Part shown: positions 23,880 to 34,382 of the stretch, piece after piece
Layout: each line of letters starts with the position of its first letter
Position numbering within the stretch: position 1 is the first letter of the stretch
NCBI GenBank assembly: GCA_033442325.1
Contig: JAWQFM010000034.1
Span: 483,060-517,441, forward strand
Reading direction: 5' to 3'
DNA length: 34,382 nt
Source of the DNA: Salpingoeca rosetta
Taxonomy: Eukaryota; Protista; Choanoflagellata
Program-made: the position numbers and the translations under genes
The notes under the pieces: model-generated
Database searches by the model: none
The model's input: the letters and a program-made list of their open reading frames with translations, nothing else
Told to the model about the DNA's origin: nothing

Positions 23880-25685
23880 ACTCCTTGTCTTCAACTATTC
23901 CCTCACACATCATCTCCTCTCCCCATTTCATCCACCACGCTTCCGTCACTCGCGCCTCTCACTTTGTGCAGGTGCTTGAGTTTACGTCCTACTGCGGAGG
24001 GCTGCCTGCACCGGAGGCGAGCAACAACCCGCTCGGGTACAAGTTCAGCTGGAGCGCACGCGGCGTCCTCCTGGCTGCCGGCAACAGCTGCAAGTACTTT
24101 GAGCACGGCAAGGTGTGCGATGTTGCTCTCTGTGTGTGTGCATGTGCATATGTGTGTGCAAGTGTGCAAGTGTGCAAGTGTGCAAGTGTGCAAGTGTGTG
24201 TGCATATGTGCAGCTCTCTCACTCGTCATGGCTGTGTTTGCACACACACACACACATGTCACTCACTCACCCACCCCTGTTCGCCCTCATCACTCACACC
24301 ACGCCGCCCCTTGCCCCTTCGCTCTCACACCATTCACATGCCGGAGCAGAAGGTTGAGATTGAGGCGCCGTATGTGCTGAGCAAGGGCGTGCGCAACATC
24401 AACATCTACCCGGCCTTTGCCTTTGAGGGCTACCCAAACCGCGACAGCACCCCATATGAGGAGCGGTACAACATCCCGGAGTGCCTGACCATTCTCCGCG
24501 GCACGCTGCGCTACAAGGGCACGCCGCTGCTGGTACAGAGCCTCGCCCTCGTCGGCTTCCTCAACGACCACCCGCAGGTGCGCTGCTGCTGATGTGAGTG
24601 AGTGTGTGTGTGTGTGCGTGCGTGAGTGAGTGAGTGAGTGGGTGAGTACATATACGTGTGGACACGCCACTCCTCTGACAGCGCAGCACCTCACGCCACG
24701 TGACCACCATCTACTCCCCCCCGACTACCGCCGTGTACAGGACTACCTGCAGCCTACTGCCCCAGACATGGCGTGGAAGGACGTCCTCGCCAAGATGCTC
24801 GGTTGCACAAACGACGAAGCGTGAGTGTGTGTGTGTGTGTTTGTGTGCGTGCGCATGTGTATGTATTCGTATGTGTGTTTGTGCATGTGTTTTTGTGCTC
24901 ATGTGGATGAGAGCTACTTTGTGTACACTTAACCACAGCAGCATCTCACTTTTATTCCCCTTCAACCTCACCACCACCACCACCACCACCACCACCATCA
25001 CCACCACCACTATGCATGCTTCTTCTTCCTGCGGTGTATGCAGGTCGCTGGCCAAGGCTGCTGCCGAGCGGGCGGGCATCCGGGACCACCCCGAGGAGCG
25101 CCGTATCATCTCCGCCATGAAATGGTCAGCACAAGCTCGTGTATTGTGTGTGTATTGTGTGTGTATGTGTGTGTGTATTGTGTATTTGCGTTTGAATGTG
25201 CCCTTGCTTGTGTGCATGCGTGTTGAATGTGCCCTTCCTTGTGTGCATGTGTGTTGAATGCACCTGCCTGCATACTTGTGCGCTTTGTGGACGTTTTGCG
25301 TTGGATGTTTGTCTTGCTTTCAGATGCGTGTCTTGTTTCCAACTCACGTCACCAAGCAACAACCAATTCCCCACCTTGTCTCCCACTGTAGGCTGGGCCT
25401 GTTCAGCGACGATGTGTGTCCAAAGAAGGTGTCGCTGCTTGACTCGCTGGCGCACACGCTCGCAGACAAGTGCGCGTACCAGCCCGGGGAGCGCGACATG
25501 ATCATGATGCAGCACAAGTTCCGCATCCAGAAGAAGACCGGCGACGAGGTATTGCCTGACACGATTGCATTGCACATCCTCCAAGCAATCAAGGACAAAG
25601 ATGCACACACATGTGAACCCACCCACACACGCACACACACGCACACACACGCACACACACGCACACACACGCACACACACACACA

Positions 25686-25727
<42 letters not shown>

Positions 25728-25980
25728 CACAAGAACACGCACACACACACACACATAAGGACACGCGTTGCGCCTCACTCGTTCAATGCCATGACTTCCT
25801 GCTGTTTCTCCATCAACCAGTACGTTGTTGCAAGCACGATGCTTGAGTATGGCATTCCGTTTGGCGCAACGGCCATGGCCCGCACTGTTGGCATCCCCTG
25901 CGGCATTGCTGTCCAGCTCATCCTTGACGGTGCGTGATCGTGTGATTGTGATTTTGTGTGCGTGTGCATGTGTGTGATCA

Positions 25981-26046
<66 letters not shown>

Positions 26047-26350
26047 GGAGATACTTTTTTTGGTTATATGTGTGTGCGAGTTGCTTCATATGAAGCTCGC
26101 GGCTGTTGTGACAAATCCGTTCAATCAACATTGCAACGTCTTGTCTTCCCCTCATTTCTTTCCCACCCTTCCCCACCTCCCTCCTTCTCCTCACGCCCAC
26201 CCTTCCTTCTCCTCCTCCATTGCAGGCAAGATCACGCGCAAGGGCGTGTTTGCGCCGATGACCAAGGACATTTACCAGCCGCTCATTGCCGAGCTGGAGA
26301 AGGAAGGCATCGGCTGCAAGGAGGAGTACCTCGACGAGTGGACACACTGA
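22410..26350 (+). CDS. LYS9: Saccharopine dehydrogenase (NAD(P)+, L-glutamate-forming) / saccharopine reductase, monofunctional Lys9 type
   Basis: Exons 22410-22411 (AT), 22587-22675, 23023-23149, 23317-23427, 23727-23835, 23972-24112, 24350-24577, 24741-24820, 25044-25124, 25392-25548, 25821-25929, 26226-26350. Motifs: KILLLGAGFVAGP (Rossmann fold), VISLIPYTYH, STSYVSP, NEIGVDPGIDHLYA, SYCGGLPAPEASNNPLGYKFSWS, EGYPNRDS, RGTLRY, ERDMIMMQH, AMARTVGIP. Confidence 0.93.
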
Positions 26351-27099
26351 CGTGCTGCAACTGTGCTTGTTTCTTGTTTGTGCGCGCAACTGTGTGCAGC
26401 TGTGTTTGTGCACGCCTGCAGTTGTGTTTGCACCTGTGTACGTGTGCGTGTGTGTGTGCGTGTGGCTACAACACTGCACAGCACAGGCACCCACCCTCCC
26501 CCCTTGACATGCATGCCCTTCTTTCTTTGTCGTTGCGTTGGTCTCTCAATACATAGCTCCATCCACCCATCCGATACAAAGCAAAGCAAGACGACGACCA
26601 AAAGCAACAAAAAGCAACACTACGCCTGATTCGATGCGACATTATGGCACCCCCCCATAAATTACTGCTGACATTGCATTTTTATTGCTGACACATGTAT
26701 TTTTCCGGGACGATTTCTCATTGATTTCTTTCAGAATTTATCGTTCCCTCTTTGAATTCCCTTTTTGGCCACCAGCCGGCCGGAAGTTACATTACGCCAT
26801 AAGCCCCACTTGCCATCATCACCTGCAGCTTCCCTTCCTGTGTGTGTGTGCGCTTACAGCCTCCCCTCCTCTCATTTATTACACGCCAACCCCCTGTTGC
26901 GCGCCCGATCACCCGCATCCCCCCAAAGCCGTTTCAGAGCAGCGGTCGCAAATGTGAGCGGTAACTCACCACCGCCCGTCAACCACACACACACACCACC
27001 ACCACCAGCTACCCAAACGAATTGCCTGAGCCAGCAGATATCAAGCAACAGCAAAAGCAAAAAGCAAAAAGCCACAACAACAACAACAACAACAACAAC

Positions 27100-27178
<79 letters not shown>

Positions 27179-27399
27179 GAGCTTCAGCACACCAACCAAC
27201 TCTACTCCTCCTCTCCTTTTGCGTAACATCATCAACAACAAAGAACGTCTCTTTGTCTTCGAATTCTTCCCCAACAACAAACAACAACCAACAACCAGCC
27301 ACAACAACAACTGACAGCGACCTCAGCTTTCTTCAATCAACCCCCGTAACCGCATCGTCTGTCGGAACAACCCTCCGGCCGCCTCCAGCACACCACCCA

Positions 27400-27855
27400 A
27401 TGCAACAAACAACGATGAGCGGCCACCATTTTCTGACAGCTGCATCTGAGCAGCCCCAATCGCACGCACAGCAACCTCATGTGCAGCAGCAACCACACCC
27501 CCTCAAGCCCGAGAACAACAACGACAACAACACCCAGCAGCAACCACTCTCTCCTGTGGAGCAGCGCGTTGCTAGCGAGCTTGGACAGACACATGCCGCC
27601 ACCATCCTCCTCTCCCATGCCCTTTCCCGTGAATGCGCAGCATCGCAGCCAGAACCAGCGTCCCAGCAGCCACAGGACGAAGCGCAGCAGCAGCAGGAGG
27701 ACACCCCTTCTGCCTCCACACCACACCTAGGGGAACGCTGGGCATCTGACATCTTTGACAACATTGACTGCCCTTCCCTCGTTGCCCTGCTCACAGACAC
27801 AGACAACAAGCTCAAAGCAACCACAACAGACCAGCAACCCATGCCACAGCAACCC

Positions 27856-27890
<35 letters not shown>

Positions 27891-29409
27891 CACCACTGAA
27901 CCAATCACCGCACAGCCACAGCCACAGCCACAGCCACAGCCACAGCCACAGCCACAACAGCAAGCACAGCAGCAGCAGGCGCCTTCAAGCATGGCCACCA
28001 TGCTGTCGTCGACTGCGCCGTCGCTGGATGACGCCGGCGACCAGGGCGAGCTGCAGCGCTTCACCTCGGAGGACATGCTGGGCGCGCTCCCACCCATGTC
28101 GGAGTCCATGATGGCCATGCTGCCCACTGCATCGTCCCTCATGGCCGACCTCGGGGCCGCACCGCACGACACCATCAGCAACACGAGCCCAGCCAGCACC
28201 GCAGGGTACCCCACCTACCCGGCAACCACCTCAACTGACACTGCAGCCACAGCCACAGCCACAGCCACAGCCACTACCACCACCAGCACCACCAGCACCG
28301 TCAGCCAGCAACTGGAGATGCACAACGGCCTGCTCTTCCGTGAGCCGTCTGCAGACTTCTTTGGCGACCTGCTGCAGAAGCAGCCGTCGTTCATAGCCAC
28401 CCTCGACCAGCTGCTGGGAACCATCGACTCAGACGCTTCCACCAGTGGCACAGCCACAGGGCCCGCGCCCCTCCACACCGTCGTGCCAACGTGCACAGCG
28501 TCCTCCTCAGCGTCGTCGTCGCTGGCGGACCACCACCACCACCACCACCACCACCACCACAACCACAGTAGCAACAGCAACACAACCAACACGGCTGCAG
28601 GGGACCTGCCCCGCGCAGAGAGCAACATCTTCGCCATGGACTTTGTGGACGACGCTGCGGACGAGTTTGCAGGTGTCATGCCGTCTCCATTCTCACTGGA
28701 CATGGAGGCGCCCTCGCCCGCCCTCTCTTCCACATCCACCGCCACCTCCACCACCACTGCCATCAAGGGCACATCCGCATCAGCAACCACAGCATCAGCA
28801 ACCTCGGCTGCTGGTCCCCGCAGCAAGCGCGCCAAGCGTGCAGCAGCAGCAGGCGGCACCAGCAAGACCAAGAAGAGCAAGGGCAGCGCTGGTGCTGGTG
28901 GTGCTGATGGTGGTGCCGATGAGGCTGATCCCGCCATCCCCGGGGCAACCCCGGAGGCGCCGCTTGGATATACAGTGGACGGGCGACCGCGCAAGCGCCG
29001 GCCAAAGCGGTTTGTGCCGGACACGGAGAAGACGGCTGCGTACTGGGCCAAGCGCAAGAAGAACACGGCGTGCGCGCGGCGCAACAGGGAGCGGCGGCGA
29101 CAGGAGCGCGAGGAGCAGGAGCGTGTTCTACGGCAGCAGGACGAACGGCGCAAGGCGCTCGTGCGCGAGATGGCGACGCTTCGGCAGCGCGCATGCGACC
29201 TCCGTGACGTGCTCATCGCCACATATGCACAGCGCAGCCCCGCACACATGACGGCCGACCAGAAGCTGCTGCTGCAGTATGTGACCAAGCACATGCCGCG
29301 GCTTGACAAGCACCGCCCCGTGCAGTTGCCCCACGCACTGCAGTCTATGGTGTCGTCATCATCGGCGTCTGCTGCTGCTCCGCCCTCATCGTCACTCACA
29401 CGGCACTGA
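27400..29409 (+). CDS. PAR/E4BP4-type bZIP transcription factor, single long exon with a low-complexity N-terminus
   Basis: RKRRPKRFVPDTEKTAAYWAKRKKNTACARRNRERRR resembles the PAR/NFIL3 extended basic region (FVPxExKxxxYWxxRxKN-x7-R) and is followed by heptad leucines. The first in-frame ATG is at 27400, with an alternative at 27415; the true start is uncertain. Confidence 0.85.
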
Positions 29410-30017
29410 TGTGATGCTGTCATGTCGGTGTTGGATTGAAGATGACCGGTTGTGCGGTGGTCGTGTGTGCGAGTGATTTATTTTCTCTCTCTCTCTCCCT
29501 CTCTGTGCTTTGTTTCTCGCGCTATCTAAGGAAGGCACTTGATGTGATGATGGTGATGATGATTATGTGGTGTTTACGTGCGCGTTTGTGAGTGAGCGAG
29601 TGAGTGAGTGAGTGTGTGTGTATGTGGTGTGTTGATGTCATTTAGCGAGTGAGTGATTGAGTGTGTGAGTGTGTATGCGTGTTGTTACTTTCCCCTCCGT
29701 TTCTCGCCGTCCTTGTGTCACAACTGAGTGAGCTTTACCCATTACGTTTTGACTTGTTGATTTGCTTTGAAGACCCCACTTGGAGAACTGAACTAACTGC
29801 ACACTTGTTTGAAGCCGTTAGTTAGTCTAGTGCGTCTTCTTCACGCTCTTCTTCACGTGTTGTTGTCTCGTTGTGGTTGTTGTGGTTGTTGTTGTCTTGT
29901 TCACATGGCGTGCTTTGTATTGTGTACTTGTGTATTTGTGTAGTGCTGTAAACAAAACAAGCAAGCAAGCAACATTGCTCACAAACTACCTGCAACAAAG
30001 ACAAGGAGCGATTGACG

Positions 30018-30079
<62 letters not shown>

Positions 30080-30088
30080 ACGCATGGC

Positions 30089-31036
30089 TCACGTGAGGAA
30101 TGGACAGCATGTGAGCGTGTGGTATGGGAGGATGGGCTGGTGTGCGCCGAGTTGCAATGCATGCAACATGCACTGCACAGCGTCATCTGTTGCTCCACGC
30201 TCCTGAAGCAACGTCGCCAGCGCTCGGTGTGCCTGCATGCAGTGTGTGCGTGTGAGTGAGTGTGTGTGTGTGTGTGAGTGTGTGAGTGTGTGAGTGTGTG
30301 TGTGTGTGTGTGCGTGCGTGAGTGTAAATGTGTGTGAGTGAGTGTAAATGAGTGTAAATGAGTGGGGGCAGAAACGCGCTTGCAGTGGCAGAGGAAGCAC
30401 GATCATGATGCAACGCAGCACCTCTGCGTGTGTTGGGTCGATGCGAAGTGCATGCTGCAGTCTGTTCTCGGCCATGTCCGCCTCTCCCTGTGTGAATGCG
30501 TGCGATTGATGGAGCGACGAAGAGACAAAGGAAGGGCGGGGGGGGGGGAGGTGTCGTCGTGGCGGTGAACAGACAGCGATGAGCGGACAAGGCACCGTTG
30601 CAGTGCAGCCATGCAGACAGAAGAAGAAGAAGAAGAAGAAGAACAAGAAGAAGAAGAAGAAGAAGAAGAAGAAGAAGAAGAAGAAGAAGAACAAGAAGAA
30701 GAAGAAGAAGAAGAAGAACAAGAAGAAGAAGAACAAGAAGAACAAGAAGAAGAACAAGAAGAAGAAGAACAAGAAGAAGAAGAACAAGAAGAACAAGAAG
30801 AAGAACAAGAAGAAGACCACATACGCGCGTGTATGCTCTCATGTACGCACCAGGCTGTGCTGACACATGCCGAGTTCAACAAGGGAGGTGACATCGTGTT
30901 CGTCAAAGGTGAGCGCTTGTTCAAGATGCTCAATGGCATCACGCACGCGCCCTGCAGTGATGGCCATAACGATGATGATGAGGGTGGCGACGAAGACAGG
31001 GGGATGCCGAAGCTGTGTTCTCGCACAGATTGAGCA

Positions 31037-31135
<99 letters not shown>

Positions 31136-31863
31136 ACACGTATGCAGGCAAGCATGCAAACATGCAGCACGTGAGCGGGGTGACAAAGAAGCGTGAATGT
31201 TGTTGCTTCGGGAAGCAAACCATGGAAGGCGCAACACCACATCATGAACATGACTTCAATCATGACCGCCACCACCATCCCGACGTGAGGATTCACCTGT
31301 GAGGGTGTCTGCACCAATGGAGGAGGGACCAAGCGGTTGGAACGGGCGCCCAGCCTTCATCGCATCGCTGGCACCAACGCAACGCAACACAACAAGACAT
31401 ATGGCGTGCAGGCGAGCAATGGCGGTGAGTGCATGGGAGGTGTTGTGTACAAGTGCGCACGCGTGTGGCGTGGATGACTGAGGCGGAGAGCACACAAACG
31501 GAAGATCCACGGAGGGGCAACAGTGCATGGTACTCGTTGAACACACACACACACATACACACGTGTCACTGACCGCATCATTGTGTTCATTGAGGCGAAG
31601 AATGTCTTGTAAGCAGACAGTGCTCCCCGCGGGCCCTCTGTGCGCGCGCGCGAGACAGACAGACAGAGAGAGAGAGACAGAGAGAGTGTGTGCGTGTGTG
31701 TGTGTTTGGAAAGGTGAGGTGGGTGAACTTTCTCGCCCACGCGCGGATGAACAACGAATCCCAACAGCAACCAAACGCGGATCCACACAGACACACAGAC
31801 ACACGCACGCACACACACACACACATACACAGACACACACACAGACACACACACACACACACA

Positions 31864-31906
<43 letters not shown>

Positions 31907-32853
31907 AGACACAGCCAGCAAAACGAGCCACGGACGCACCGAGGGCGTGGGTTGTGTGTCCAGCGATGCGCATACTGACGACATCTGTTGGGAAGAGCTC
32001 GAGTGTCTGGTGGCATACGGAGAGGGCCTCATCCAAGCTGATGATGGTGTGTACGGTGAGAAGCATCAGGTGCATATGTGCATGTGTGTGTGTGTGTGTG
32101 TGTGTGACGTGAACAAAGGCACTTGCGCTGTTTTGGCCGTGATCAAGCAGCATTGATTACAGGAAAAAAAAAAAAAACGACCACAAGTGCACCATAATCT
32201 GTCACCGCGGCCAAGATGGCATGTCTTGCTCACTTTCGCTTGGCGGTGAGAAGGAGGGCAAAGAGCTGCAGGCCCTGGCGGTGTGTTGGGCAGAGGGATA
32301 GACACGACCACACCGCCCCCACTGCATCGTCGGTGGCGCGCGCGTGTGCGAGTGTCAGCGCCTCCAAGTACATGTCATCCGCCGTCTTGAGGTCGTCATC
32401 AATCCTGATGATGTCGTTTGACGTGCACACGTGTTGTGTATGGGGTGTGGTGTTGTGGGGCAGGTGAGTTGCGGAGGTGTGTGACCATGAGTGTGGTGCT
32501 ACCGTAGGTGCGTTTGCATCTGAACGTGCGCGTACATGGGCAGACAGACTGGCAGACAGACTGGCAGACAGACAGACAGACAGACAGACACAGACACACA
32601 AACACATGGACACGACTCGGGATGAAAGAGTGCACATGCATGTGTGCATGTGTGTATATGTGTGTGCGTGTGAACGTACGATGAGAGCGCGGTCTTTGCT
32701 GCCTTGAGGGCGGCTGCCTGCTGCGCAGCGTCGTGCAGTGATCGGTACTCAAGCAGATGCGTTGCCGCCGCCAGCTGCACACAGTACGCACACATGGGTG
32801 GTTGTGTGTTGTGTATGTGTTGTGTTGTGTGTGTGTGTGAGGGTGTGTGTGTG

Positions 32854-32946
<93 letters not shown>

Positions 32947-33250
32947 GAGGGAGGGAGTACAGCAACTAGTGCGAGCGAGGAACGTGCAAATGCCACATGG
33001 TTTTTTCCGCACAAACACACACATATGCATTGCATTGAAACGAGCCAGGCGTCATGGCATGGTTGTGGTCACCTGGTCTGTTGCGTGTCGCTGTTGTTGT
33101 GTTGTCGAGGCGGTGCGCGCTTTGCGGAGATCAGCCTGGATTGCATCCTGAGTGCACATGTGCAAGAGCGCATGTGGGTGGATGGGAGTAAGCAGCGTCA
33201 ACACACAGACATACGTGCAAAGAGACGCAGACACAGACACACACACACAT

Positions 33251-33309
<59 letters not shown>

Positions 33310-33473
33310 CGGTCACCTGTGATGCGCGCTGCGTTCCGAGGAAGAGCGACGCCTTTGCAGCGGCGGTCAGGGCTTCACACACGCGCGCCGGGTGCGTGGT
33401 GGTGTGATCAAGTGCACACTGGTGATAGACTGCAATTGCATGCTTGTGGCGGTCGGTCCTGCCATCATTGCAG

Positions 33474-33565
<92 letters not shown>

Positions 33566-34150
33566 GTGGTGGTGATGGTGAAGACAAGCGAGGAGGAAGA
33601 CAAGTGGGGCTCATGGCTATGTACACGCCAGACAAGAACACATCAGCATCACACAAGACTCGCTCATGTGCACACTGAGGATGCATGTTCAGCAGCACCA
33701 CGACGACCACCAGCTCAGCAGTTGGTTGGTCGGTTGTTGTGCTCACCGCTCGAGTTCAGCGCCGAGGAGCATCCACAGGTGGAAGTTGTCTGCACCGTAC
33801 GTCGCCGCAATTGCCCGCTCAAGCACCTGGCAGTGGGCGACATGATGGTGGCAGTGGGCGACATGATGGTGGTGGTGGTGATTGTTTGAAGTTGATTGAG
33901 GTTGATTGAGTTTCGCAGTCCACGAATTCTTCCATGCACACACACACATACAGACACACAGACACACACACAGACACATGGACAAACACACAGACACATA
34001 GACAAACACACACACACACACACACAGACATAGGCACACCTCGACAGCTTGGTCGTGGAGGCCGCAGATGTTGAGGAGGAGCATGATGCAATCGTACAGA
34101 CGGACGAATATGTCCGCGTTTTCAAGGGCGCGGGAGGACCGCGCAAGCAG
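30089..34150 (-). CDS. TTC7: TTC7/Ypp1-like TPR scaffold of PI4-kinase III alpha (3' part; gene continues past the window end)
   Basis: Phase-consistent exons: 34150-34040, 33826-33747, 33458-33317, 33147-33073, 32774-32680, 32404-32234, 32037-31940, 31637-31574, 31367-31297, 30951-30851, 30487-30422, 30232-30089. TTC7-like segments: [41 protein letters not shown], and the C-terminal [43 protein letters not shown]. Confidence 0.78.
30620..30816 (+). repeat. (GAA)n with CAA interruptions, intronic in the TTC7-like gene
   Basis: Direct reading; lies in intron 30488-30850. Confidence 0.95.
33475..33563 (+). repeat. (GAT)n microsatellite, intronic
   Basis: Direct reading; just upstream of the acceptor of exon 33458-33317. 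Confidence 0.95.
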
Positions 34151-34312
34151 CTGCATCGTGTTTCACGCGTGCATGCATGTGTTGGAGATGAAGGAAGCGA
34201 GTTGATAGTGTGAAAACGTAACATCAGCACGACAGATTGCGATGGAAAGTTGGAGAAAAAAAAAGGAATGGGCAGAGCAGGGGTTGTGGCTGGAAGTATG
34301 CGAGCAGATGCA

Positions 34313-34382
<70 letters not shown>

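Noticed and set aside
28215-29423. 402-aa antisense ORF over the bZIP gene
   Set aside because: A shadow ORF from GC-rich codon usage; no domain recognised.
30611-31033. Poly-E / poly-K ORFs on the plus strand
   Set aside because: These are a (GAA)n tract antisense within a TTC7-like intron and exon, with no independent gene signals.

Overview
Eukaryotic, intron-dense genomic DNA with GC-rich exons and introns filled with (CA)n/(GT)n and triplet microsatellites. The style resembles a choanoflagellate such as Salpingoeca (inference). Most ORFs in the six-frame track are repeat artefacts. Splicing GT-AG exons by hand gives, in order: the 3' end of an unknown gene; a Jupiter/HN1-like protein; a minus-strand PIP kinase with an unusual FYVE-like/PH/LIM/PIP5K architecture; importin-5; a short Arpin-like protein; a stand-alone Lys9-type saccharopine dehydrogenase whose ATG is split by an intron; a PAR-type bZIP factor; and the 3' part of a TTC7/Ypp1-like TPR gene. 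The most striking item is an otherwise perfect tRNA-Ser(GCU) gene (20008-20145, minus strand) interrupted in the T-loop at position 59/60 by a 56-nt insert. The insert forms an archaeal-style bulge-helix splice motif, and its first bases rebuild the Pol III B-box. Two assembly gaps lie at 3048-3663 and 18449-18548. All family calls are from motif recognition, not database searches.
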